DNA from: Anaerohalosphaeraceae bacterium
Lineage (GTDB): Bacteria > Planctomycetota > Phycisphaerae > Sedimentisphaerales > Anaerohalosphaeraceae
DNA: 64,000 nucleotides
Direction: 5' to 3'
Assembly (NCBI GenBank): GCA_050309605.1
Contig: JBNRMN010000067.1
Coordinates: 128,001 to 192,000 of the forward strand
The first letter of the stretch is position 1. The number at the start of each line of letters is the position of its first letter. Shown piece after piece: positions 46,301 through 55,058 of this stretch. The position numbers and the translations under genes were made by a program. The notes beneath the pieces were generated by a model, which was not told where the DNA came from, did no database searches, and saw only the letters and a list, made by a program, of their open reading frames with translations.

Positions 46301-46584
46301 TTATTCGAGGCGACGAAGCGGTGCTGGACCGTATTCGGATTGTGGGGCGGCCGTTTGTTTTTCACGGAGACGGGCGGTTGAATCTGAAGACCTATCGCGT
46401 TGCGGTGGATCTGGTGGCATTGGGGGGACTGGCGGGAACGGAAACGGTGATTCTGGATTCGCTGCTGCGGGGACTGGGGTCGGCGTTCTGGAAAATTGAG
46501 ATACGAGATGATATGCGCGATCCGACGATTCGGACGATTTCGCTGCCCATCCTGCAATTGCCGCTGGACTTGCTGAGGCGATAG
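43366..46584 (+). CDS. large AsmA/YhdP-like beta-rich protein with N-terminal TM anchor
   Basis: N-terminal TM, repeated beta-rich units (two FPY.LEH..G copies), AsmA-like C-terminus. Confidence 0.7.
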   Translation: MGKMRRVMRWLGRWLLRLAVWSAVTAGLAYGASRWYLPAVVQRQLSQRLPEAAVAVQGARFSGLGVLIKGLSVAEDESLLANSPIFFAERVRVSYTPGKLVQRQLSIGSAVVADAVLTIEYEKGKGWNVQRLGAVAGEASAAGLPLVRVERAAVRVRRNEAGNVETITAVGLNGRMAAAGDEGLYGFSFQADDRLALSGSWAEGTLRLGDGEVMHRLRLTGQLRMPRTRILDNAWNVDDVQLACAFDAESVEVERLTFRMGQGVGEASGRAKLLREGGFEASVDLTGFSLTDAPAVDAVVYGQSVLELLGPAASRFLNRFRPRGAGDVHLQVRGRWDHLREAEVYGQVICRDISVQDERFPYRLEHMAGTIEFSGRSLTLNRLVCRHGESEFAIEGGVDGFGPNAELWLRVVSGQIRFDEDVYRALGPEAKRLWFTFMPSGTGAIDHRYRRFGDGRRTRRLEVELIDAAVMYEHFPYPLEHLTGRVVFEPNWVMLSNVRAAYPDGRSVAISGTAAGSDDFSIRIHANRIPVDAMLLEAMMATQRDYLERFEIDGGMVSAEINVFADPSGERPFDYRIDTEVSADRFVYADFAVPLEDVRITAEAKPRTIELERLTGRSGQGRLSLSGRLTEQGVDPDLPGVCLDIEATAFPLTEAFWAAAERHIRADMFKIRPYGPVHVSGRWGRNLPEAECAPMDVTVVCHATPLRMDGQTAGEAFGTVRIEKQHVRLEHFRIEQAALTESLAAVMPDRMRQAYEPMDLSGRIDVSVSTAVLTLDEEGFSGLEAAGRLSMKEVKSRTTDFVERLNGSIEGRFSVDADQVVQELEAFYQMEGFRFRGRDIDRLSGQVVFDPNDGVLVSRNFSAVLGQGIANGSLTMDIQGSQSFLDYTLDLMFEGLDVARLVSAGQVFERNDTGERGKVKGTLSLQGRAGRSEMKQGRLIATVSEMRLGRQSLIGKVLTAIQFREPKDYVFNRMELDAFIRGDEAVLDRIRIVGRPFVFHGDGRLNLKTYRVAVDLVALGGLAGTETVILDSLLRGLGSAFWKIEIRDDMRDPTIRTISLPILQLPLDLLRR

Positions 46585-46807
46585 GTCGGAGGCTTGGATT
46601 TTGGATTGGGGTGAACCGGTGTGCGTCGGCGGGAGTATATTATAAAAAGCGGGAGTTTTTTTGTCTGGCAGCGGGGAAAATCGATAATTTCCTTCTGCAA
46701 GCGTTTGACGGGCTGTTTTTTTGTGATAGTATGGAGGCGGTTTGGTCGAAGATATCGATTAGATGTCGGTTTTTTTCGCACTCGTAGATATAGGAATGGG
46801 TTTGCCG

Positions 46808-49036
46808 ATGCGCTGGCTTGTGACGCTGTTTTTTCTTGGGATCGTGGTTCTGCCGTATCCACTTTCGGCGGCGGAACCGTCTGTGTCCGCAACGGCGTCT
46901 GAGGATGATCCCGCCCGTCAGTTGCGGATTTATCGGGAGGCGCTTCTTCAGGGCAGTACGGAAGAGATTCGTATCGACGCGGCCGTAGGGTTGCTATTGA
47001 ATCGGGATTCCGCCGGTCGTGATCTGTTAATTTCAGCGTTGCGTATGCCTGATAACACGGCGGCCACGCGGGCTGTTTGTCGTGCCTTGATTAAGACCCG
47101 CGCCGCGGGCACAAGCATTGGTTCGCGGGAGATGTTTATGGCGCCGCTGGTGGATCTTCTGATCGGTGCTGACGGGGAATCGGCGCGGCTTGCGGCCGAG
47201 GCGCTGCTGGTTTTTGGGTTTGACGATCTCAGTGACCGTCTGTATGCCTTGTCACGGGATACCTCATTGGACCGACGTGCGAGGCAAAATGTGATTTATG
47301 CCCTTCAAATTCGTCCGGAACCGGCGGCTCTTAGCGAACTGATCCGGCTATTGGATGAGCCGGATGCCGAAGTGGCCCGCGCGGCAGAAGCGGCGCTTCA
47401 GGAGGCGTTCGGTATTCCGGTGGGGACGAGTCGGCAGGTTTGGAAACAAATACTGGATGATTTGAGGCAGAAAAGCCCAAATGAGATTCGGCGCGAGCGT
47501 CTGCTGCGTCAGGAAATGAAGCTGCGTGAAATGCAGGCCGAGCGCGATCGCTGGCAGCGATTGTATCTCGAGTCGCTGGACAAGCAGTATGAAACCGCCG
47601 ATGAAACGGCGCGGACGACGATGATCCTGAGTCGGCTGGATTCGGAGATGGCGGCGATTCGTGTGTGGGCGCTGGATAAAATTGATCGTTATCCGTCCGA
47701 CGGACAGGCCGCGATGCGTGAAAAGCTGCTGGCGCTGCTGGCCGATGAGTCGCGTTTGGTTCGGCTCAAAACCGCACGGGTGTTGAACAATATGAGTGCC
47801 TTGAATCCGGCTGAAAAATTACTGGAGCGGCTGCGCCTTGAGGAGGATTCGGAGGTGGCACTGGCGATGTTTGAGGCGCTGGGCGAGGCGTGTTTTTTTG
47901 CGTTTTCGCCGGGGTCGAAGATAGAACTGCCCGAAGCGATTAAACATCAGACGCTCGAAATAGCGGAGACATATCTGGATTCGGATAATATTGAGACTGC
48001 TAAGAAAGGCGCCGAAATAGTACGTAAGTTGCTGGAGTTAAACGGCTTGCCGCCGGAAAAGTCAATGCATTATTTGACGCTTCTGGCCAAGCGTTACGAG
48101 ATTTCGGTGCAGCGCACTTCTGCCTTGCGGGGTGAACTGCTTGGGATGATGGCGCGGTTGTGCGGTCAGGGTGCTCAACGGGAGCGTGCGGCGGGGCTGT
48201 ATCAGCCGTACTTTGTCGAGGCGATTGGGATTGACGATAATCTGCCGGTGCGTTTGGCGGCGGCAAGAGGGCTGTCGAATCTGGATAAGTCCGAGGCGCT
48301 GAAACTGTATAAGCAGCATAATTTGACCCAAAAAGGCAGTGCGGCTGTGTTACAGCTTGTGATTGAAGCGGCCGCTCAGGCGGGGCGACCAGAAGATCTT
48401 GAGTGGCTGGCCGGGTTTTTGACTTCAAATGGACATTCGGAGTCATCTATTCAGGCTTTTCGTGCGATTTGTCAGCGTGCCGGAGCCGGGATTTGTGCGG
48501 AGTGGGCGAATCGACTGGCTAATGATGGATTACAGATCGGTCTTGTTCGGGAATTATTGGAGCTTGCCGAGCAGAAGGCCATCGTCGAAAAGAATGAGCT
48601 TTTGCTGGCGGATGTGCGAATCCGTCTGGCCGAGCGATTTGTGGAGCGGCAGATGCCCGATCAGCTTGCCGGGTATGTGCAGCGGCTCAAGGCCGCAGGC
48701 GGGAATCTGGCGTTTCCGGATGCTGTGGCCGGACGCGTAGTCGAGGTGCTGGTGAGGGGTGGTTTTTTTGATGCGGCCTGTGATCTGGTGCGCGTTCGGC
48801 TGGATCGGGAAAGCCTGCACAAGGATTCTGATATTGTGGTTAAACTGGATGAATTTTTCCACTCTGAGTTAATCCATCGCGAGGCGAAAGCCAGTCTGCT
48901 GGAAAAATTGTCGGGATTGGGCGGGTATGCCGAAAATGGACTTTTTTCGTCTATGATCAGGGTTTGGCAGGAGCATGTGGCGGTTTTGCCTGTGGCCGTG
49001 AGCGCGTCGGAATCAAACGAGCTGCAAAGGCCGTAA
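46808..49036 (+). CDS. HEAT-repeat protein with signal peptide
   Basis: Signal peptide then helical repeats (LIRLLDEPDAEVARAAEAAL, LLADESRLVRLKTARVL); start uncertain. Confidence 0.75.
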   Translation: MRWLVTLFFLGIVVLPYPLSAAEPSVSATASEDDPARQLRIYREALLQGSTEEIRIDAAVGLLLNRDSAGRDLLISALRMPDNTAATRAVCRALIKTRAAGTSIGSREMFMAPLVDLLIGADGESARLAAEALLVFGFDDLSDRLYALSRDTSLDRRARQNVIYALQIRPEPAALSELIRLLDEPDAEVARAAEAALQEAFGIPVGTSRQVWKQILDDLRQKSPNEIRRERLLRQEMKLREMQAERDRWQRLYLESLDKQYETADETARTTMILSRLDSEMAAIRVWALDKIDRYPSDGQAAMREKLLALLADESRLVRLKTARVLNNMSALNPAEKLLERLRLEEDSEVALAMFEALGEACFFAFSPGSKIELPEAIKHQTLEIAETYLDSDNIETAKKGAEIVRKLLELNGLPPEKSMHYLTLLAKRYEISVQRTSALRGELLGMMARLCGQGAQRERAAGLYQPYFVEAIGIDDNLPVRLAAARGLSNLDKSEALKLYKQHNLTQKGSAAVLQLVIEAAAQAGRPEDLEWLAGFLTSNGHSESSIQAFRAICQRAGAGICAEWANRLANDGLQIGLVRELLELAEQKAIVEKNELLLADVRIRLAERFVERQMPDQLAGYVQRLKAAGGNLAFPDAVAGRVVEVLVRGGFFDAACDLVRVRLDRESLHKDSDIVVKLDEFFHSELIHREAKASLLEKLSGLGGYAENGLFSSMIRVWQEHVAVLPVAVSASESNELQRP

Positions 49037-49099
49037 TGGGCCGGCGTGATTGAAGGGGCTTGTTTTTTTGATTTTTTTGAAAAAATCAAATTTTTCTGT

Positions 49100-49128
49100 T
49101 TGATTTTGCGAGGCGGCAACTATATACT
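49100..49128 (+). promoter_or_regulatory. sigma70 promoter of the tRNA-Thr/tuf operon
   Basis: TTGATT-17 nt-TATACT with an AT-rich UP region. Confidence 0.65.
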
Positions 49129-49269
49129 CTCCCTTTTGCAATGGTTGCAGGACGAAGAATCCCTCTTTAGAAACAGCGAGCCGATGCAATCGGCGGGTGG
49201 TGAGCAGGGTCAGACGGGTTGATTTCCGACGGACGGAAACAACCTGAAGTATTTTATTTACAGGCAGTT

Positions 49270-49342
<73 letters not shown>

Positions 49343-49496
49343 CGGTAATCCAAACAGACCGGCGGATATTGCGGGGCGGTTTTGCCCGGCAAGAGTCGGT
49401 ATTTTTTTGAATAGGCGGCAAGCGATCAGCGGTTAACAATAAACCAGGAAACTTAGCAGATTAGAGGAATCAACCGAATATCAGGAGATTGTAAAA

Positions 49497-50711
49497 ATGG
49501 CTAAGGGTGTATTTCAGCGTACAAAACCACACGTGAACATCGGGACTGTCGGTCATATTGACCACGGGAAAACGACGTTGACCGCAGCGATTACGATGCG
49601 TATGGCGGTCAAGCACGGCAGCGGCAATATCCGCAAGTATGATGATATTGACAATGCGCCGGAAGAAAAAGAACGCGGTATTACGATTAACACGGCTCAT
49701 GTCGAATATGAGACCGCCAATCGCCATTACGCGCACGTGGACTGCCCCGGTCACGCGGACTATATCAAGAACATGATTACCGGCGCGGCCCAGATGGATG
49801 GCGCCATTCTGGTGGTGGCGGCCAGTGACGGCCCGATGCCTCAGACCCGTGAGCACATCCTGCTGGCTCGTCAGGTGAACGTGCCGCGCATCGTGGTGTT
49901 CCTGAACAAGACCGACCAGGTGGACGATCCGGAGCTGATTGACCTGGTGGAAATGGAACTGCGCGAGCTGTTGAGCAAGTACGAATTTCCGGGTGATGAT
50001 ATTCCGATTATTCGCGGCTCGGCCCTGAAGGCTATGGAAAGCGAAGGCAGCGACGACGAGGCCTGTAAATGCATTGATGAGCTGATGGAAGCGGTGGACG
50101 ATTACATTCCGGTTCCGGAGCGTGCGGTCGATCAGCCGTTCCTGATGCCGGTCGAGGATGTGTTCAGCATTAAAGGTCGCGGGACGGTCGGTACCGGTCG
50201 TGTTGAGCGCGGCATTGTCAAAGTCGGCGATGAAGTTGAGGTTGTGGGTTTATCCAAGGAAATTCGCAAGACGACCTGTACGGGCGTTGAGATGTTCAAT
50301 AAGACGCTGGATCAGGGTCAGGCCGGCGATAACGTGGGTCTGCTGCTTCGGGGTGTTGAGAAGAAAGAACTGGAGCGCGGTCAGGTGATCGCCAAGCCCG
50401 GTTCGATTACGCCGCATACCAAGTTCAATGCCGAAGTGTACGTGCTGACCAAGGACGAAGGCGGCCGTCATACGCCGTTCTTTCCTGGGTATCGCCCGCA
50501 GTTCTTCTTCCGGACAACGGATGTTACGGGCGCGATTACCGAGATTCGCAGCCGTGAAGGCAAACCGGTCGAGATGTGTATGCCGGGCGACAATATCGAA
50601 ATGGCGGCTGAAATCATTGCTCCGATCGCGATGGAAGAAGGCCTTCGCTTTGCGATTCGCGAGGGTGGACGAACGGTTGGCGCCGGCGTTGTCACCAAGA
50701 TTGTTGAATAA
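49497..50711 (+). CDS. tuf: elongation factor Tu
   Basis: [38 protein letters not shown]. Confidence 0.99.
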   Translation: MAKGVFQRTKPHVNIGTVGHIDHGKTTLTAAITMRMAVKHGSGNIRKYDDIDNAPEEKERGITINTAHVEYETANRHYAHVDCPGHADYIKNMITGAAQMDGAILVVAASDGPMPQTREHILLARQVNVPRIVVFLNKTDQVDDPELIDLVEMELRELLSKYEFPGDDIPIIRGSALKAMESEGSDDEACKCIDELMEAVDDYIPVPERAVDQPFLMPVEDVFSIKGRGTVGTGRVERGIVKVGDEVEVVGLSKEIRKTTCTGVEMFNKTLDQGQAGDNVGLLLRGVEKKELERGQVIAKPGSITPHTKFNAEVYVLTKDEGGRHTPFFPGYRPQFFFRTTDVTGAITEIRSREGKPVEMCMPGDNIEMAAEIIAPIAMEEGLRFAIREGGRTVGAGVVTKIVE

Positions 50712-50729
50712 CGATTGACTAACTCGGAC

Positions 50730-50763
50730 GGCGCCGCACGGGTGTGAGTGCGGCGCCTCTTTT
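50730..50763 (+). terminator. intrinsic terminator after tuf
   Basis: GGCGCCGCAC/GTGCGGCGCC stem followed by TCTTTT. Confidence 0.7.
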
Positions 50764-50823
50764 AACCTTTCCGCGGCGTCAAGGGGCGGGGAGGTTGTCG
50801 TGTTTAGAGAGGATTAGCAGTAT

Positions 50824-50991
50824 ATGGCCAAGGCACAGAAAACCGAATGGGTTTGGCTTGAGTGTAAAGAGTGCGGCGACCGCAATTATCGTACGCCCGT
50901 CAATGTTCAGGGCGGTGTGCCGAAGATTGAATTGAAGAAATTCTGCAAGCGCGACCGCACGCATACGGTTCATAAGATCCGTCGCAAGTAG
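50824..50991 (+). CDS. rpmG: 50S ribosomal protein L33
   Basis: MAKAQKTEWVWLECKECGDRNYRT..IELKKFCKRDRTHTVHK; below the ORF-track length cutoff. Confidence 0.95.
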   Translation: MAKAQKTEWVWLECKECGDRNYRTPVNVQGGVPKIELKKFCKRDRTHTVHKIRRK

Positions 50992-50999
50992 CGGCACAC

Positions 51000-51072
<73 letters not shown>

Positions 51073-51126
51073 TTTTTATCGGCACCGTGATACCGAACGA
51101 GACGACGGCGATCCTGTTTCTATGAG

Positions 51127-51528
51127 GTGGCATCGACAATGAATCTTAAGATATATAAACGCGGACAAGGCAAAAATACCCGTCTGTGGACCGGTTTGGT
51201 GTGTTTTGTGATAGCGGCCTACGGGTGTGTGGTGCTTCATCAGAAGCTTCAGGCGGCCACCGATAATGTGTGGATTGAGACGCTGCTTCCGGCCGGCGTG
51301 TGTGCGGTGTTTGCGTCGCTGATCTGGTGGCTGAGCAATCGTCCGTCGGTGGCGGATTTCCTGATTGCCGCCGAGGGCGAAATCAAGAAGGTCAGTTGGT
51401 CGAGTCGCAGGGAAATCGTCAACTCGACGATTGTGGTCATTATTGTCGTGGCGGTGATGTCGGCGGGTATCGGTTTTTGGGATATTCTGCTGGGCTATTT
51501 CTTCAGCGGGATTGTCGGTCTTTATTAA
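51127..51528 (+). CDS. secE: preprotein translocase subunit SecE
   Basis: EIKKVSWSSRRE motif, TM helices, conserved position. Confidence 0.92.
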   Translation: MASTMNLKIYKRGQGKNTRLWTGLVCFVIAAYGCVVLHQKLQAATDNVWIETLLPAGVCAVFASLIWWLSNRPSVADFLIAAEGEIKKVSWSSRREIVNSTIVVIIVVAVMSAGIGFWDILLGYFFSGIVGLY

Positions 51529-51560
51529 CAGCAGCGGGCTTGGTCAAGGACACAGCGTCA

Positions 51561-52106
51561 ATGGCAATGCAATGGTTTGTATTACGGGTCGCTTCGAATA
51601 AGGAAGAGCAGGTGCGCGAAGCGCTGGCGCGGAAGATGCAGGTGGAAGGCGTCGAGAGCGTCGGTCGCATCCTGGTTCCGAGCGAACAGGTCAAGCGGAT
51701 TCGCGGCGGCAAACAGCGGGTTCATAAGCGCAAGCTGTATCCGGGTTATGTGTTTATGGAGATGGAGCTGAAAGAAGACGGTCGCGTGCCGGAGGATGCC
51801 TGGTACGTGATCAAGGATACGATGGGCGTGGGCGATTTTATCGGGACCGAAGGGATTCCGACGCCGATGCGCGATACCGATGTGGCCAAGATGCTCAAAG
51901 AAGCGGAAAAACCGGAAGATACGCCGAATATCAAGGTGGAGTTTCAAAAGGGAGATATGGTCAAGATTCGCGAGGGGGCGTTTGAGAATTTTGAGGGGAC
52001 GGTCGATTATATCGACGCCGAACGCGGTGTGGTGCGTGTGATTGTGACGATATTCGGTCGCAGCACGCCGCTGGATATTGAGTACTGGCAGATTGAGAAA
52101 GTGTAG
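51561..52106 (+). CDS. nusG: transcription termination/antitermination factor NusG
   Basis: WFVLRVASNKE, LYPGYVF, KOW motif, VTIFGRSTP. Confidence 0.97.
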   Translation: MAMQWFVLRVASNKEEQVREALARKMQVEGVESVGRILVPSEQVKRIRGGKQRVHKRKLYPGYVFMEMELKEDGRVPEDAWYVIKDTMGVGDFIGTEGIPTPMRDTDVAKMLKEAEKPEDTPNIKVEFQKGDMVKIREGAFENFEGTVDYIDAERGVVRVIVTIFGRSTPLDIEYWQIEKV

Positions 52107-52208
52107 GGTGTGCCCGCGGGGCGGTTTGCCCCTTAATGCATACCTGGATTTTTGATGGGTTGAGGCCCATTTTGTGAGAGACAGGCACCTATTATCGGGA
52201 TTTGTTCA

Positions 52209-52634
52209 ATGGCTAAAGAAGTAAAAGCGGTCATCAAGCTTCAGGCGCCGGGCGGTAAAGCGACGCCGGCGCCTCCGATTGGTCCGGCGTTGGGTCAGCA
52301 CGGCGTGAATATCGGTCAGTTTGTTTCGCAGTTCAACGAGCGAACACGGGACGCCGACGGAATGACGATACCGGTTGAAATTACGGTGTACGGGGATCGT
52401 TCATTTGATTTTATTGTCAAAAGTCCGCCGGCGGCGGTGCTGCTGAAGAAAGAGGCGAATCTGGCCAAGGGCAGCGGCGTGCCGAATAAGGAAAAAGTCG
52501 GCAAAGTGACCCGGGCGCAGATTCGCAAGATCGCGGAAACGAAATTCAACGACTTGAACGCGTATGATCTTGAGCAGGCCGACCGAATTATTGAAGGCAC
52601 GGCCCGAAGCATGGGCATCGAAGTAGAAGGTTAA
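52209..52634 (+). CDS. rplK: 50S ribosomal protein L11
   Basis: [22 protein letters not shown]. Confidence 0.98.
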   Translation: MAKEVKAVIKLQAPGGKATPAPPIGPALGQHGVNIGQFVSQFNERTRDADGMTIPVEITVYGDRSFDFIVKSPPAAVLLKKEANLAKGSGVPNKEKVGKVTRAQIRKIAETKFNDLNAYDLEQADRIIEGTARSMGIEVEG

Positions 52635-52638
52635 GAGA

Positions 52639-52769
52639 AAATTTGAAATATGAAATTCTAAATCCGAAACAAGTGTCATATTCAAATCACAAACGATTCA
52701 ACCAGATTGAGCGGAAGTGTTATGAGTGTTTGGATTTGTTTCGAATTTCGATATTTGAATTTCGATATT
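52639..52769. repeat. inverted pair of 7-nt-period AAATxxG arrays
   Basis: aaatttgaaatatgaaattctaaatccgaaacaa ... ttgtttcgaatttcgatatttgaatttcgatatt. Confidence 0.75.
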
Positions 52770-52850
52770 AGACTGTGATGTTCTGAAAAGAACCTGCAAA
52801 CCACGGCAGCGACGGTGGGAGCGAAACGACATTTTTTCGCGGAGAACAAG

Positions 52851-53537
52851 ATGCAATTTCGAAGTAAACGTTACAAGGCCGACGCCCAGAAAGCGGTCAA
52901 AGAGCCGCTGAGTCTGAACGAGGGCGTCAAGAAAGTGAAAACTTTTGCCAGCACCAAGTTTGATCAGACGGTTGAATGCGTGATGCATCTGGGTATCGAT
53001 CCCAAGCAGGCCGACCAGATGATTCGCGGCGCAATCAGTCTGCCGCACGGTATCGGCAAATCGCGTCGTGTGGTCGCCTTTTGCGACGATTCGGAGGTCG
53101 AAGCGGCCCTGGCCGCCGGTGCGATTGAGGCCGGCAGCGATGAGCTGATCAAGAAGATTTCAGACGGCTGGCTGGATTTTGATGTGGCGATTGCCTCACC
53201 GAAGGTGATGGGCAAAGTCGGCAAACTGGGTCGAGTGCTCGGCCCGCAGGGCAAGATGCCTTCGCCCAAGAACGGGACGGTGACGGCCGATGTGGTGACG
53301 GCCATCAAGGAATTTGCGGCCGGCAAGGTCGAGTTTCGCAATGATTCGGGTGGCAATGTGCACGGCGTGGTCGGCAAGCTGAGTTTTGACGACGCGAAGC
53401 TGAAGGAGAATATCCAGGCGTTTATCGATCACATTAAACGCAGCAAGCCCAGCGGCGCCAAAGGGACGTATATCAAAAAGGTGTGTATCAGCGCGACGAT
53501 GAGTCCGTCGGTGGTGCTGGACGTGGGTGGTGCGTAA
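52851..53537 (+). CDS. rplA: 50S ribosomal protein L1
   Basis: [29 protein letters not shown]. Confidence 0.98.
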   Translation: MQFRSKRYKADAQKAVKEPLSLNEGVKKVKTFASTKFDQTVECVMHLGIDPKQADQMIRGAISLPHGIGKSRRVVAFCDDSEVEAALAAGAIEAGSDELIKKISDGWLDFDVAIASPKVMGKVGKLGRVLGPQGKMPSPKNGTVTADVVTAIKEFAAGKVEFRNDSGGNVHGVVGKLSFDDAKLKENIQAFIDHIKRSKPSGAKGTYIKKVCISATMSPSVVLDVGGA

Positions 53538-53574
53538 GAATAACATAAACAGTCAACGGTAAAAAGGCCAAAGT

Positions 53575-54108
53575 ATGAGTTATTTTGTAAAAGAACTGAT
53601 TCAGAGCGATTACAGCGCGAAGTTTGCCGGGATGACGGAGTTTGTGGTGATTTCCACGATGGGCGTCAGCGGGATCAATAACAATGTGATGCGCGGCGAG
53701 TTGAAGCAAAAGGGGATGCGTGCGGTTGTCGTTCGCAACAATTTGATGCGTCGGGCATTGGATGAGCTGGGGTTGTCGCCGGCTGCCGGGTTGTTCGCGT
53801 CGGGGCAGTGTACGGTGGTGTTCGGCGGCGACGGGGCCGGCAGCGTCGCCAAGGAAGTGGTCGAATGGGCTAAAAAGCTCAAGACGATTCAGCTCAAAGG
53901 CGCGTTCGTTGAAGGTACCGTGATGGACGGCGAAGCGGGCGTCAAGGCGCTGGCGGCGATGCCGACGCGAGCCGAGCTTCAGGGTCGCGTGGTGCAAATT
54001 GCTCTCTCGCCGGGCAGCAACGTGGCCGGGGCGATTTTGGGCGCTGGCAGTACGATTGCCGGCTGCATCAAGAGCCTGATCGAGCAGCGCGAAAAAGAAG
54101 CGGCATAA
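53575..54108 (+). CDS. rplJ: 50S ribosomal protein L10
   Basis: VVRNNLMRRAL, LAAMPTRAEL; conserved position. Confidence 0.93.
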   Translation: MSYFVKELIQSDYSAKFAGMTEFVVISTMGVSGINNNVMRGELKQKGMRAVVVRNNLMRRALDELGLSPAAGLFASGQCTVVFGGDGAGSVAKEVVEWAKKLKTIQLKGAFVEGTVMDGEAGVKALAAMPTRAELQGRVVQIALSPGSNVAGAILGAGSTIAGCIKSLIEQREKEAA

Positions 54109-54351
54109 GTAAATTAAAAAGGCAAAAGGCAGATGGCAAACGTGTGGAGCCGACCTTTGGCCGCGGATGTTTTGATTTAAGGTCAGTCATTTGAAGCTTG
54201 GGATTTGAGGTGACGGATAGCGCCAAGCTCAAATCCAAGAGCTAAGAACTAAGAACTAATTCGGATTGCTGCAGAGTTGCCCGAGCAAGCGGTTAAACGG
54301 ACGGCGGAGTCCGGCTACTTTGCGGCGCAGTGTATAACAGGAGTTTATAAA

Positions 54352-54753
54352 ATGTCGGAACGTGAATTTGCAGCGGACATCAAAGAACTGGGAGACAAGA
54401 TTGCGGGGTTGACCCTGATTCAGGCCAAGGAACTGGCGGATTATCTGAAGGACGCCTATGACATCGAGCCGGCTTCGGGCGGCGCGGTGATGGTGGCCGG
54501 TCCGGCGGCGGGCGGCGGCGAAGGCGATCAGGCCGAAGAGAAGACCAGCTTTACGGTGATGCTCAAGAGCATCGGCGATAAGAAGATCCAGGTGATCAAG
54601 GAAGTGCGCGCCCTGACCAATCTGGGGCTGAAGGAAGCCAAAGACCTGGTCGATGGCGCTCCCAAGCCTGTCAAGGAAAACGTCAGCAAGGACGAGGCCG
54701 AGGCGGCCAAGAAGCAGCTTGAAGAAGCCGGCGCGACGGTGGAACTGGTTTAA
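54352..54753 (+). CDS. rplL: 50S ribosomal protein L7/L12
   Basis: [28 protein letters not shown]. Confidence 0.98.
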   Translation: MSEREFAADIKELGDKIAGLTLIQAKELADYLKDAYDIEPASGGAVMVAGPAAGGGEGDQAEEKTSFTVMLKSIGDKKIQVIKEVRALTNLGLKEAKDLVDGAPKPVKENVSKDEAEAAKKQLEEAGATVELV

Positions 54754-55058
54754 CGGTGTTGATGGGTACGGAGGTTTTATGCCGCGCGGCCGGTTGAACC
54801 GGCGCGGCCGGAATAACGAGGCAGCGACCGCGTTGTTCGAAATAAAGACCGATAACATAAGCCCGAACGGCGGCCGGGACAAACGTTCCGGCCGCTGCGG
54901 GTCTTGATGTTTTTAGGGGGCAGGCGGGCGGTTGTCACGGAACCGGGACGCTTGTGCCTTGAAATTCGGATTCCGAGTTGAGCGTTTTGTCGATAAGCGC
55001 TGTTTGTGTAATTATTCAATAGTTAATGAACGCATCAAGCATAATGGAGACTGGTCGC

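Noticed and set aside
50824..50991. L33 with CxxC...CxxD as a zinc-independent paralog linked to the Zur-like operon
   Set aside because: It sits in the standard tuf-secE position and keeps three Cys; ordinary variation.
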